Of a stretch of 64,000 bases of DNA, positions 1 through 13,206 are shown one piece after another (within the stretch, counting starts at the first letter, position 1; the number at the start of each line of letters is the position of its first letter). The notes under the pieces were generated by a model. That model saw nothing but the letters and a program-made list of their open reading frames with translations. It was not told the DNA's origin and ran no database searches. The position numbers and the translations under genes were made by a program. The DNA is from Amphiscolops sp. MND2022 (taxonomy: Eukaryota), in the NCBI GenBank assembly GCA_964187785.1, contig OZ076420.1, positions 2,046,001 to 2,110,000 on the forward strand. Direction: 5' to 3'.

Positions 1-85
1 GTTTCTCAAGTAAGTACCTTACGTAATCACCGTTAGCCAAATAGCACGCTGAATATGACGCTACTTTGAAACTTATAATGTGACA

Positions 86-133
86 TTTATTTATTATTTG
101 TTTATTTGTTATTTATTTATTTATTTATTTATT
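86..133. repeat. (TTAT)n-like microsatellite
   Basis: Direct reading of imperfect TTAT/TTTG repeats. Confidence 0.7.
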
Positions 134-1743
134 ATCTGAAATTTATTTGCATTGAAACCGCGGTAAAATTGATGACGGTCTCAGGTGCTTTCAAAATTAG
201 AACGGCGTCTTGATGAAATCTGCAAAATTTTGCGACTCGGAATTGCCGCCAAATTTAGGATGCATTTTATTGGCAGCTTGATAAAATTAGGTTGAATCAG
301 TGAAGTTTTAATGCATGGAGGTTTCCTTGAAAATTCTATAAAGTCATGAAAAATTAGCTTGGTAGCCTACAAAAACTTGTAAAAAGTTCAAGCAGTTCCA
401 ACCAGGGTATACTATTGTGGCCGATAATACTTTGAGAAATGGAGTGTTGGTTTATTTCCTATTTTTCAAACAAAACGAGATATAATTGTCAAAAGTTATA
501 TCCCTTTTGCGAGTTCTCTTGCACCATAATTTTTGCATCATTTTGCACCACAATTTGCACTATTATTTGACAGACTTGGTTCCAAAATGAGACCAATTAA
601 AAGAATTGGTAATTTCAGAAGCTATTTTAGGTTAAAAAAAAACAAAATTCGGAATAGCGCACTATTTTCGAACGTCCACCTCCTTCTGAGTAAAAACGCA
701 ATATAGTTCGGATATGGCCTCTAAAATTTGGATAGTATTGAAAAAAAATATTGGTGGAATTATATTGAGAAAACATTGAGGTATGTGTGTAGATTACCTT
801 TAAGGTGTGACGTTAGATTACCGTTTACATTACCATTAGTTCAGGTGTGTGTGTAAGGGGTTCCAAAAAAGGTATAAAAAGACCCACGAGTTCCGATTCT
901 CTTCGAAAATGGGAGTCGGGTCAATTTCACTATGTCAACACAGAGGCAGCTTCTACAGATATACTAGTTATAATAAATCCAGAATTCGATTGTCGAGGCG
1001 GTGGATGCATTGATTTTTTCTTTGGTTCTTTTTATTCCGTGAATTTTTTCTTCAATTTGATCATTTCTCAAAAGCAATTCCACTGAACTGGTGGTAGTCT
1101 ACTGGAGGTCTTTTCTGGCTTTTAAATAAATAAATTTCTGGATAAATTCATTTAATATTTATTTCGTATTATATTTTAGGAGCTTTTGTTTTCTGTGAAT
1201 TGGCAGAAAAATTTAATTGAGATTTATTTTAAAACCATTCGGCAGACTTGGTGCCAAAAACGATGTCCATTTTTCAAAAAAAGTAAAAATTAAAAAATCT
1301 TTTTTGAAAAATTAGGTCGTTTCAGATGCTACCTGAGAATAGTGACCCTGGTTGAAAAAAATGCGATCCTTGTGGGATTCTTGCAATATTTTTTGCAAGA
1401 AATCAATGACATGCAAGGAGGTGTAAGAATCTTACACGATCGTACAATCAATGCATTTTCCTTGAACTTCTTGAAAGAATCTCGCAAAAATCTTGCAATG
1501 AAGCATTTCCTTACAAAACCCGGAACCCCGGATTGATGATATATTGTTTGCTTTAATGAGCTAGAGAAAAAATGATGACCATCCTTATGCTTGCAAACCA
1601 TTTTTTTATCTCGGAAAACAAATACCCCCCATCGGGTTTTTTAACGATACCAGGCATGATAGATTAAAGGAACCAACATGGAAAAAGCATGCAAGGAAAA
1701 ACTTTTTAATGAGCCATAAATTTTTTTCTCCTTTTTTCAACAG

Positions 1744-1889
1744 AACCACAGGCTGGCGAGTTGTCACTGAGCGACCCAACTTGTGAATTCACAAAAACCG
1801 GAGACTTCTGGCAAATCTCTTACAACTATCTGGACTGTGGCGTCCAGCGGGAAGAATTCGCGGAGAACGGAACAATCCTCTACACTCAG
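1744..1889 (+). CDS. ZP-domain protein, exon (ZP-N: PQAGELSLSDPTCEF...LDCGVQ...GTILYTQ); upstream exon(s) not identified
   Basis: Polypyrimidine+CAG acceptor at 1741-1743; ZP-N-like L.DP.C...CG...I.Y pattern; ends in phase 0 at CAG followed by GGATGA (non-canonical donor) and an in-frame TGA. Confidence 0.85.
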
Positions 1890-2120
1890 GGATGATCAAC
1901 GATTTTTATAAAAACTAAAAATAAATCCCAAAAAATCTAGTAAAAACGCATTTTAAATTGTTTATCTACGAGCGTCATGTTTCAATGTCAAATTATGTTC
2001 TAAGGGCAAGGAGATTCGCACAGTGCCGAAAGCCTAAAGTGGACATTCAGGCTCGAAAAACGTCTGTAAGTGAAAACGAAAAAAAACGAAAGGGAAAAAG
2101 TGCCGAAAAAATCCAATGTT

Positions 2121-2184
2121 GACCAGAGGTGGATTCGAACCCACGAACTTCTGATGCCAAGCTTCGCACGCAAACTACTGGGTC
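2121..2184 (-). repeat. Degenerate tRNA-like (B-box) module inside an intronic repeat
   Basis: Minus strand GACCCAG...GGTTCGAATCC...CTGGTC; only 64 nt with no clean anticodon arm; related B-box motifs near 11880 (-) and 22585 (+). Confidence 0.4.
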
Positions 2185-3919
2185 TGACGTCATGAATCTA
2201 TAAAAGAAGATATTTGTAAATGTGGACGCTCGGGTGAGCTGAAGAAAAAATTTCGTGAATGAGCGCAGAATAAAATGCATCAAAAGTATGTTTATATCTG
2301 TTGAGACGAAAAACGTTGGCACGAACCATGTTTGTTATTTGCCTCCAAGCGGCAGCGGGAGAATAAGGAACTAGGTTCGAAAACTATTATAATAATAGTG
2401 CATAAATATGTCTGCTGAATCGGAGGGCCTACACACATAGAAATGTGTCTGTAGCGATTTAGCTTGTCAGTTATGCACAGTAATTATGTCGACTTAGATA
2501 ATAGAATAATTGATGTCGACTTATTCCTAACTAATACATTGATTTATAGTTAAAAGTTGCTGATTCTAAATTATGGTGCAGAAATTTGGCGTGAAAATAG
2601 GGACTGCTTTCCTATACAATTTTAGCTTGGTGCAGGGGTGAATTATTGTTTTTTTTTTAAATCAGACAACAAACAAATATCAAAAAGTGCGGATAATTTT
2701 TGCTGCAAGTGTCGTAGCAACGCTAGAGACAATCCTCTAAGTATTAATAGCCATATCAAGTTCCTTAACTGCCCAAAAAGTTTTTCGAGCATAAAAGTTG
2801 TTTTTCTGTTGTGGAGGTGGAAGTAGAAAGAAGGGACCATTTTTTGGATGTCTTTCACTATGTCAACACCCCCCCCCCCTATATCACTCGTTACACTATG
2901 TCCCCCCTTGAGAGAAAGAATGTTTGTGGCGCATTTATATTTATCTCCTATTGGCTAATCTCTCATGCTATTCTGTCAATCAATTGATGTCGTCATAACT
3001 AACGACACTTTTTATTGGTTCTTTTTATCAAAATCACCACTCAGCCAATCAGAAGAGTTGTTAGATAAGAGCAGATCTGCGCTATTAGAATGTGCAATAC
3101 ATGTATTTAATAGCGTTTCACTATGTTCCCCCTTTTTGCCTCAGGGGGGATATAGTGAAAGAGATCCCATTTTCTTTAGACCCCCACGCCCCCCTATACA
3201 CCATGTTTCAAATCCCCCAACACGAAAGAACATTTAATACTTGAAGAAAAATATATCACAAATAAGAGAAATAATTATGGCCGTGAATACTGAAAGAATT
3301 GTCTCTACAGCGGTTTCGCCACTGCCAGCAAAAAATGACCCTTACTTTTTGATTTTTTGTCCGAAATATCAAAAATTCACGCTTGGAACAAGTTTAAATC
3401 GTATATAATGGTCCCTAATTCAGCGCAAATTTTGTCCGCCACAAAATCTAATGAGCCTCTATTAACTGGAGTCAGTGTAAACGATAGGATTATGTCGACA
3501 TCGATTTTTTATTAGACCAAAATTTTAACGCAAACGATGTCGACTTAACGGGAAGAAACATGGTCCAAGACAAGATATACCTGGGGAAAGGCTGTAAATA
3601 AGAAACATGGTCGGCTCTTTTTCCTATTCAGAGAAAAAAAACAAAAAAGAAATTATATATATAATAGATAGATATGCTATCTGTATGATTTTTTATGTAT
3701 TTATATATTTATATATTAAATATTTATATAATTTATATTTCATTTTTATATCTAAATTGAAGATATATTATCATATGTATTAAACTATACAATTATTTGC
3801 AAAAACATCTTGAAAAGTGTGGGGGAAACGGAAAAAAGTCCACAAGGCCCGTCCTTTGGAACTTCAAACTTGATCACCCCTGAGCATAATTATAACTGTG
3901 TCGCCTCACCCTCCTACAG

Positions 3920-4140
3920 TTTGTGATGTTGGGAGACACTGAATTCGTTCACTTCCCAGGCAGCAATCTAGGGTACGTGAACGCAGCCTCCCATGTGAAG
4001 ACCCTGGAGTGCCACTACAGACAGGGCGAAGTGATCGGGACGGAAGTGGAGACTTTCCGGGAAGACTTCCTGGGTTCTGTGGGCTCCTTCGATGTGCAAC
4101 TGCTGCTCTACACTGACAATACATGGAGCACAGTCGTCGA
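3920..4140 (+). CDS. ZP-domain protein exon (end of ZP-N, LECHY, linker, start of ZP-C)
   Basis: TACAG acceptor, phase 0 start, GTTAGA donor in phase 2; phases match both neighbouring exons. Confidence 0.9.
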
Positions 4141-4310
4141 GTTAGAACCACACTTTTTCCTGATATTTTTCCTTCGTTTCCCAACATTCCCGGATGTTTT
4201 TTTTGCGAAATTTGTAGACAAATTCGAAATTTTTCAACAAAATTTTGATCATTGACAGAGGTTTAGCCCAACTAAGCACCATTAAAATTAGCCTTTTTTC
4301 AAGTTTCTAC

Positions 4311-4407
4311 AAATGCAGGGAAGTTTTCCAAGATTTTCCAAGATGCAGGGAAGTTTTACAAAATTTTCCAAGATGCAGGGAAGTTTTACAAAATTTTCCA
4401 TGCAGGG
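4311..4407. repeat. 30-bp tandem repeat x3 (AGATGCAGGGAAGTTTTACAAAATTTTCCA)
   Basis: Three consecutive near-identical units. Confidence 0.85.
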
Positions 4408-5229
4408 TCCCTGATTTTTCCATGTTTTGTCAAAAATTAGCCTGTATTTTATTCATTTGCCAACAAAATTTCACGGCATTTTCAACTAGGTTTCACAAGA
4501 ATTTCAAGTTCCTATGTTTTTATAGGTCTTTGGAGCTCAACCATATGACACCGTGAAAACATTTTTACGGCAGAAATTTGACAGATTTACGGCAGAATTT
4601 TTGTAAATTTTTCTCGAAACATTGCATTTTTAGCTTAGCAACACCATTACTCACAGTGCATGAATTTTTTACATGCTTTAATAGGTTCTCTGACACTTTT
4701 ACCAAGCTTTTGGGAGATTCTTTGAGATGTTTTCAAGTTTTTATCAGGATTTCAGGTGAGAGAAATGAAAATTGAGTTTCTTAATCTAAGTCAGAAACGA
4801 CAATTTTGATATGGAATTTTTCCACTTTTTGCAGAGTTTTAAGCAGGTTTTTGATATCGCTATTTTTTCGCCAATTGCCGAACCGCTAATTTCAAAATCG
4901 CTATTTGGCTTTAAAAATTTACTCTGAACAATTGAATGTCTGACTTGAAGTATGTTTTGAAAATAAATGGTGACTTAATTTAGTTTTTGCAAAAACTACC
5001 GGAATTTTTTATACTACGTGGGGGTTTACAAAACTGAGAGTTCAAAATTTTCGGAAATCATCTTTTTGAAACTCAGTGTGTCTGAAGTAAATTCGAATTT
5101 GGATATTCTACTAGTTACCGCTAATTTCAATCACTATTGAAATCGCTAAAAAGTTCCTGCACCGTTGCTAATTCGCTAAATCGCTTATTAGCAGTGCCAA
5201 AACTCTGGCTTTAAAACCAGTTGTTGATC

Positions 5230-5230
<1 letters not shown>

Positions 5231-5261
<31 letters not shown>

Positions 5262-5275
5262 TTCTTCTTCTTTTT
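5231..5275. repeat. (TTTC)n/(TTC)n microsatellite
   Basis: Direct reading. Confidence 0.9.
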
Positions 5276-5482
5276 CCAGAGTTTCTTTGTTGATTTGAGA
5301 GATGAAGTGATGTTTTAGTTTCGTCTTGATACTCTCATAGGAGTTTTTATTTTTCGATACGGAATCTGGTATGTTGTTCCTTCCACAGGACAGTCTCTTT
5401 TTTCATGAAACAGTTATGTAAAAAATTGGTCGTGGCATATGCGTCAAAAAAAGCCTAAAATCGCACTTTCTTTTTTTTTCAG

Positions 5483-5641
5483 AGAGTACCCTTATTATAT
5501 CGAGCAAGACAACACAGAGATAGCGTTTGAGGCTAAGCTGAATTCCGGAGACGGTGATTTGCGAATCTACCTCAAGGAATGTTGGGCGGCTCCCTCCGAC
5601 GATATCTACGACACAGATAAAGTCGTTATCATGAACAACGG
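5483..5641 (+). CDS. ZP-domain protein exon (ZP-C: EYPYYIE...LKECWAAPSDD...IMNNG)
   Basis: T-run+CAG acceptor; YP..V / CWA.PS / NGC are ZP-C hallmarks; GC donor (GG|GCTAGT) restores NNG-C with the next exon. Confidence 0.9.
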
Positions 5642-6673
5642 GCTAGTTCACTTTTATTTCCATACTTTTCGGAGCAATCACTGAAGCAACAATCAATTCA
5701 AGTACAATTTTAAAATTGACGGCTTTTAGGGAGTTGTTTTTTTCTCTCAGTCATTTGTCATTTTTGTCATTCTCTTTCGTTTAAAGCAGACATTTGACTC
5801 GCTAATTTTTTTTCGCTAATCGCTAACTAACGCTAATCATATATCGCTAATCGCTAACTTCGCTAATTGATAGTTGCTAATCGCTAACACTAATTAAGAT
5901 CTATATTGAAAAGTTTAATTCACATTGTGTTTAAAAATCGATCTGAAAAAGAATTCAATACTATTTACTGTGTAAAACTATGTTTAAAACATAGTAAAGA
6001 TAGATAAATGATAATATATAACAGTTCTTGGGAGGAATCAGTATATGTAGAGACAATTTGTGATATGTATGTAATTTTCGATCCAACATTAAGCGTTATG
6101 GAATATTTACCAATAGAAAAACGCCATCGCTAAGCGGTCGCTAAATAATATGTATTACGCTAACTTATTTTCGCTAATGTAATCCTTCGCTAACGCTAAA
6201 GCGGCGTTACTAGCGATTAGCGTCAAATCTCTGGTTTCAAGTGAACGTTTTTCGTTAGAAATAGCCGACTATAGTTGTGACAGTTTTTCTAAGACCACCG
6301 AACTGACAAATTTCCATAAAGTTTCTATAAATTGTAGCTAACTTGATCCCGCCTTTTCGCCTAGCGGTTAAGACGGATTTCCAGGGCCTGGTGATTAAAT
6401 GCTTGCAAAGGTTGACAAAACAAGCGGTTTTTTCGACGGCACTTTTTTCTGAATTTTTCAAACCGGAACACCTCCAAAGCGACTTGGTAGACTTCATTCA
6501 ACAGTTTAGACGTGGTCGTGTATTCCGTCTCCAATTTTATGTTTCTTGGAGATCGACCAAGGAATTTTTTGTTGAACGCTGTACATCTTTCTCTCCGATA
6601 AAAAGAGGGGTGATAATATCATCACATTCACTGAGTGTACGAGTTTTGAAAGTAATCGTTCGAAAATACCTAA

Positions 6674-7069
6674 AACAAGCCGCGAACGGCCAAAGTCGGC
6701 GCTATATCTAAGACTCAGAAAGCGCGAAGTTTTTAAAATTGTAAAAAAGTGGACCTTATGGGATTTTAGAAACTCCAGTTTGTTCCAAAGTATGAAAAGG
6801 GGATCCCTTTGGAGACATTAAAAATTTTTCCATTTTCCAGTAAATGAAAACAAAATGAATGCCGAAAAAAGGAAAAGGGTACTTTGAGATTTTTAGCATC
6901 TATTCTGTTGCAAAATATTGAAACAAATGAACGGTGCACCCTCCGCATTTTGAACCTCCCCCAAGTTGTTGAAAAATGAACTGAACAAAAAAGTGGACAT
7001 TTCGTGTCTAAAAAAACTACCAACTGTAACTGTCGGGCACATTTTCTACTAAAATGCGCCGACTAAAAA
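6674..7069 (-). mobile_element. HINE/Helentron-like non-autonomous element, variant copy
   Basis: Sub-terminal inverted repeat AGTCGGCGC/GCGCCGACT, terminal stem-loop GCCG-CGAA-CGGC, ends CTTGTT, T-rich 5' end. Confidence 0.6.
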
Positions 7070-7975
7070 GAAAAAAAAAGTTCCGAAACCTATTTTTCGC
7101 GACGTGGCGAGCTGACCATTACAATACAGCTGCGGCATTTCAGCATGCTATGTCGGCATTTCAGCATTGCAATGTCACGTTGCACTCCTGATTCGACTGC
7201 AGCCATGAGATAAACCGAAATACTTTGACAGGTACTTAGAATAAAACTCAATCCCTTAAATCTCTGAATAGGTTTCTCAGCACGTTTTTGTGCCGTTGTT
7301 CATTCTATAGTTCATACAACAAAACTAATATTCCATGAAAGCATTCAAGATCAAAAAAACTTTCACGAATTTTTTCAGGGATGCAGCGATGTCGTGAGTT
7401 TTATTCAATCTTAACACTCAATGGATAGAGAGAAGGTTCCGAAGCCATCCAAAAAACTGGTGCTTAAACTTCAAAGAGCAAAATCTTGTGAACTATTCGA
7501 GTCCGACAAACGATTCATAAAGCGTTCGCCGCCCAGGCTCCGGACTTTGCACCAGAACCTTGCACGCCTCGTGTCTCTGATTACAACTCAGTATGTTCCA
7601 AAACATCCTAGGGCCGCTACGATCCAATCTTGATACCAGTGAGATAGTGGCCTTAAAAGGGAAACCGGAAAAACCGAAAACCTACACGCATCTTTTTTGA
7701 ATGATCTATAAAAACATTTTTTCTTGATTGTTCAGTCCCGTTTTCTTGATTCCAGAGACATTAAGTCAATAGTTCGTGACAATCGTGCAAAGCTATGTAA
7801 CATCGTCTAAAAATCATATTCAAGAGTTTTATTTTCTATTCGTTCAGCTAGTGCACTCAGTAATTTGCAGAAACTAATTAGTACGAAATCGTCCCAATTG
7901 TCCATTCAGGGTTGTTACGTCAACAGACAAAATTTTGGCAAAAAAGACTTTTTTCAAAAAAGTCTCGTTTTTCAG

Positions 7976-8163
7976 GTGCTCTGAAGACAGTGACTTCAAC
8001 TACGTGTGGAGTGAGTTCGATCCCCACTGGGTGCGCTTCACTTATGTTGCTCACAAGTTTGTTAATCTGTCCAGAGGGGGCGAAGCGTTGGAGCAAGTCT
8101 ACTATTACTGCTACTACGAGCTCTGCGACTACAATGAACCAGAGTGCAAAGAGAAAATGGACG
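7976..8163 (+). CDS. ZP-domain protein exon (ZP-C: CSEDS...VRFTY...VYYYCYYELC...C)
   Basis: TTTTTCAG acceptor, GTAAAC donor; RF..F and VY..C..LC ZP-C pattern; 188 nt fits phases 2 to 1. Confidence 0.92.
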
Positions 8164-8188
8164 GTAAACTTGTTTCTTTTTATATTTA

Positions 8189-8817
8189 AACAAGACGGGA
8201 ACGTCTAAAGTCGGCGCTATATCTAAGGCTCAAAAAGCGCAGAGTTTTCTAAATATGCCCAAGATGTATTCATGAAAAGCTTTGAAAACACTTTCGAGAC
8301 ACCCAAAGTGTGCCTTTCATGCTAGATATGACTGGAAAATCACTTTTCCCGACTGGAAACAAAAAAAATTTGAAATTTTTTGCGAAAAATTTTTTTGAAA
8401 AATTTTTTTTGGAAAAAACTTCGAAAACGTCGCATAGAGCCGAAAAATGAAAAGGGGGGACCCTTTGGGATTCATTAACATACTTTCTGTTGCAAAACAT
8501 CAAAAAATCCGAAGGGGGACTCTTTTGAGACTTTAAAAATTTTCGAAAAAAAATCGCACAGTGCCGAAAAAAAATTGAAAGGGGGGACCCTTTGGAGTCT
8601 TCCGGTTTTGTAGGTTACGTAAAAAAGGTAAAAAACGAAAGGGGGACCCTTTGCAGTAAGTTTGCATTGGTTGAACTTGGCCTGAGTGAACTTATCAGTT
8701 TCTGTAAAAAGTGGTACATACGCGATGAGCTCTGTGGTCTGCCGAAAAAAAAGAAAAAAAAACTAGCCACTGTAATAGTCGGGCTTTTTTCCTTAAAGGA
8801 AAATGCGCCGACTAAAA
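8189..8817 (-). mobile_element. HINE/Helentron-like non-autonomous element
   Basis: Near-identical to 61549-62169; sub-TIR AGTCGGCGC, stem-loop GACG-GGAA-CGTC next to the AACAAG end, internal GGGGGACCC repeats. Confidence 0.7.
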
Positions 8818-10415
8818 AGACTGTTTCCTTTTTTTAGCAAGCGGAAATGCTTGATTATTGCAAAAATATAAATCAATGATAGTAATTTGTGGGTTGAACG
8901 ATTTAAGTTGAACAATTAAAAGATCTCATTTTTAGAAGAAAACCGACACTTTTTGAAGAAAATACCCAACCATATCTTATGTTTTTTCGGCACAGGACAA
9001 TTTACTGAAGATTTTTAAAAAATTGCTATATTCTTCAAGTTTCTCTCAGAATTCTTGGATTTTTCAGATTTTCTTCCAAAAAACTCCTTTTCCGAGTCCT
9101 GAGGATGACCTCTTTGATTATTTTTCTGTCCTGTGGAACCAACGAGAGTTTTTCTATGAATTTTTTGCCACTTTGCAGGTTTTCCTCCGAAAAAAAACTA
9201 ATTTCGTCAAATGGGACCCCTTAACTTTTTTGAAAGTTTTTGGCTTGGAAAAAACGGTTTCCGAACTTAGAGGGTCTCCTTTTGAGTTTCTCGGCACTAT
9301 GAGACTTCACCGGAGAGAGAAAAGAGATTCGACGTTGTTTCCAAAAATTGGGTTTTGGGTATTTTTGGCGCTGTAAATTTGATAAAATTTTCCATAATAA
9401 TGTTCTTTCGCACATTCAAAATACTCATTTTCTCGTAATTCCAAACGTTTTTAAACTCAGCAAGTTTTCTTCCAAGTTACGATAATTCAAGCGAGTTGTT
9501 TCTTTTGAGTTTGACACTTCATACATACTTCAATTTTCATGTATTTCAACAATTTAAAGTTCAAAAATTCGAGCGAATAGTTTCCTTGTTGTATTCGAGT
9601 TTTATCAAACCGCTCGAAAGACTGATAATAATTTGGCGGTAATTTCAAGCCGCGAAGTTTTCAAAGTTTCATAAAACATCAGTTCTATTTTCAAATGCCG
9701 CTAAAATTTCATCAGTTTCAACGTCATTTTAATGCAAAGTAATTTAGTCACGTTATAAGCTACAAACTACCGTCTACTTCAGCGTGCTGTTTGAGAAGTG
9801 GTGATCACATCAGATGAGTAGTTGATGAATCAAAGTGTGGATGCAAAGTGATCGTGTCAGTCATGAAGAGAGAAATGATTTCAATTTCTATTTGAACTGT
9901 GGAAACTGCAGCATAATTCTAACAAAACCCGGGCTGAGATTGCAGAAAATTTTTCCATGCGCAGGCATGCACCCTGAGATCATTTTTGATAAAATTGAGA
10001 AACTTCAGGTACCCTGCATGGACAATTATGTAAAAACTTCACTGCTTCTTGTGAAGACTTATAAAACTTCCCTGCATCTTGGAAAATTGTGGAAGCACTT
10101 CTGTGCGCTTTGAAAAATATACCGTACATTCTATAGAAAAAGTGGAAAAAGGTTCTAGCAATTTATGGAAAAATTTATGGAAAAACTTTATCAGCAGATC
10201 CGAAAACTCTGTATAGGCATCTCAAAGGGCGCCGACTTAGAGAAGCAGAACTGTTAAATAATGTGCCACCGGAAGTTCACTGGAAACATTTACCGTTTAT
10301 AAAAACTGTACGTACATGCAGGCCTGCAGAAAGTAAAAAATTCCAACAGTGTCGACTAAGAAATAGTTGGGAAAACTTTGATTTCCTTTAAAACCGTTTT
10401 CATATTTTTCTACAG

Positions 10416-10556
10416 GCTGGGAAGCGCGTTGTACAGAAGAAGACTTGAGAAAACGCAGAGAAGCGCCTCGAAATACGATGAACTCTGGCCTCATTGTGGC
10501 CTACATCACTTTCCCAACTAACACAACAGCTGCGTTTGTTTCCCAAGGCGACGATG
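10416..10556 (+). CDS. ZP-domain protein exon (last Cys, RKRR furin site, external hydrophobic patch SGLIVAYI)
   Basis: CTACAG acceptor, GTTAGA donor, phase 1 to 1; consensus furin site follows the ZP domain as expected. Confidence 0.9.
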
Positions 10557-11219
10557 GTTAGAATTTTTGGTTGAATGGATCCTCAAAATGGTTCTTTTTT
10601 GTTATTCCCCACCATCTAAGTTTTTTTTGAAAAAATGTTGTGAAAAAGATTGAAATAAAAAGTCGTTGGAATGAATTAGAAACCTTCGTTTTATATTTAT
10701 TCTCAGGTAGACAGTTTAGAATTCAGGTACAAACTTTGTTCACGCTATATTTCCTTATGAAGTCACGCATTCTTGATGAACACTCAACAGCTTCCTGTTT
10801 TGAGCCACAAAAAACGGTTACTTTTCAACATATTCACAGTCAAAATGTGTGAAAAATTTTCTTCGAACAAAAAACTATTTCAAGAGTTCCTTTCATGTTA
10901 TGGAAAAATTTCACATCTAATTCAGCTAATTTAGAAAAATTTTGTAAACTTCTCTCGAAAAAGTTTGATAGTTGGGGAAGGGGGTTAAGAAAAGAGCCCT
11001 CAAAGTCAACCTAGTTCATGGTATAACATAATTCCATAACAATGTAGTGCCTAGATGCTAGAACGATGGTTTCGACGTTTGCCATATTATATTTGTAAAC
11101 GTACAAAAGCATACATCAACAAGAAAGGTCGCAATGTTACCAAAATTGTGACAAAACTGGAATGATTCCCATGTTTTTTGGAACTGTTGCTCCAAATTTG
11201 ACAAGAAGCCCATTTCCAG

Positions 11220-11419
11220 ACATGGTGGTGGGTGCCAAAACTCTGGCTGTGTTTCTGGCCCTGGTCGCAATTCTGTCTGTGGTTCTGATGACGTCATTTC
11301 TGGTCATACTTCGATTCACACACGCCGGGTTTGCGCAGTGCTACGAGAGGAGTGTCTCTAGTCTGCACAGGAAAGTCCAATCTATCACGACGTCATCATC
11401 GATGTTGAAATACTTATAA
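11220..11419 (+). CDS. ZP-domain protein terminal exon (TM helix LAVFLALVAILSVVLMTSFLVIL, short cytoplasmic tail, TAA)
   Basis: TTTCCAG acceptor in phase 1; hydrophobic span then stop, typical of membrane-anchored ZP proteins. Confidence 0.9.
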
Positions 11420-13206
11420 AAGAAAGAGAACATACGCAGTGAATTGACGTCGGTACATGTACCGTATCGGAGTTACGGTTTGCTTGTACTGTTACACGAA
11501 CTACCGATTTACACGAGAAAAGGAAGCCATTTCATTGGCTTTCGGATAAGTATAAAAGTTATTCAGCGTTCGCTCGGTCACAAAAATACTCGGAAGTGAA
11601 CGAAATGAACTTGATATTCGGGCGTGAAAAGAAACTGGAACAAGGAATCAAAAATTTAGTTCCGGCGATCTTTGATCTCCAAAATAAAATTGGATCCTAT
11701 CACTGCCATTCTACTGGGCAACGGTTTTCGAACTGTATCTCAGTGAATTGCTGAAGGAGCAATTACAGCAATTACGCGGCGAAGCTTTTGCCTGAAATGA
11801 AAAACATCTTCAACAAGACGCCCGCTAAGCACCGGGATATTTTCCGCGACACTTATTGCAAAAAAGTATGGCGAAGTAGAGGATCGAACCCACGACCTAC
11901 TGGCTGGGAAAGCAATAAGTGAAGTGCACTTCACTCGATGGAGTGGAAATAAAGTGGAGTTTTGGCAGAATTTGTAAAAAAAACGCGTCACAGATCATGA
12001 TTTTCCTCCCCCATTTATGTGGGCGGAAAATAACAAGGAATACAACTAAAAGTCTTCTACCAAAATACTGTCAAACCTCACCAAAAATTCAGTTGAAAAT
12101 TCTCTAAGGAAAGTCTATAACTGGCTGACTGATCTTAATTGTATACCATTCGACGTGAAAAACATGACTCCGTCGCAACTCAAACAAACTTGTTTCGTTA
12201 TATGTTATTGACAATTGACATCTCCTCACAATGTTTTATTGAATCCGCAATAAGTACTATTGAAGTCACAGAAAAATAAAGTCCAAAGCGAAAAAATTGA
12301 TAAACTAAATGTGCCAAAGTTGGGTCTCTAGGGTGCTCATTTTCCCCCGAATTGGCCATATTTGTAAATTAACTTATTGAGGTTTCTGTTATGAGTATCC
12401 AAATAATTGAACAAATAATCCTATACCTATTCTTTGTCAATTCCGACCACTTTTGGATAAGTGGGAAGGGTGTTTTTTATGGTAAAATTACAGGTGATGA
12501 CAGACGAAATGGAATTTTACCAATGAATTTGGAAACGATTTTTCAATTCGAATTTTGATTTTAAGTCGATACACGGTACGGTACACGATAGTTTTTTTGT
12601 ACACGATACCGATGCACTACACGAAAATACACACGGTACACGATTTTCAATACACGAGTCAATTCACTAAACAAGCGGATAATAAATTTAAAAGTATAAA
12701 AATAATCAGTATTATTCATGGAAACATTGTATGGACTACATATTAAACCAACCCGTGAAGAACAGTTATGTTTACCTCAGTAATAAAAATTCAGTAGTTC
12801 TTGTTAAAAATTACATTTATACTTTTGAATTTAGGGAAATGAATAACATGTTTCAAAATATCCATTGCTACTCAGCCAAATGGTTTTAAGTGAAACGATT
12901 TTTTACGATATTTTTGTCAGCGTCAATATTTTAAATTTCGGAAATTATTGCCCCCTTTGTTGAAAATATAACATGGAGCGTTACTTGTATGTTTCATGGA
13001 GAATTCACGAAATAGCAGTAACATGTAAAAACATCGATGATGCTGTCAGCAGCAGTTCAACTCCGAGTGTGGATGCAAGCAGTACTTCTACCAACGCGGA
13101 ATACCACCGGGAGATTCCCAGGCTGAAGGAAAATGGAATCCGCTACCTGTGAACTAGAGAGAAATTTGCGAATTTCTGTTTTCCCTCTCATTTTCCCTCC
13201 TAATTA

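Noticed and set aside
1326-1350. Possible 25-nt ZP micro-exon (MLPENSDP)
   Set aside because: Phase fits, but the donor GTTGAA is weak and overlaps the edge of a repeat; cannot be supported without cDNA
2121-2184. Functional tRNA gene
   Set aside because: Only 64 nt, no proper D or anticodon arms; embedded in a repeat
2856-3157. CACTA...TAGTG element
   Set aside because: No TSD, and the inverted similarity extends beyond the supposed termini, so boundaries are unsupported
8270-8837. ORFs within HINE-like repeats (also 22518-22983, 24002-24364, 61583-62121)
   Set aside because: Low-complexity F/K-rich translations of A/T runs; frames not conserved between copies
10199-10293. Extra ZP exon candidate after TTTATCAGCAG
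   Set aside because: Exons 7976-8163 and 10416-10556 already join in phase with correct Cys and furin-site spacing
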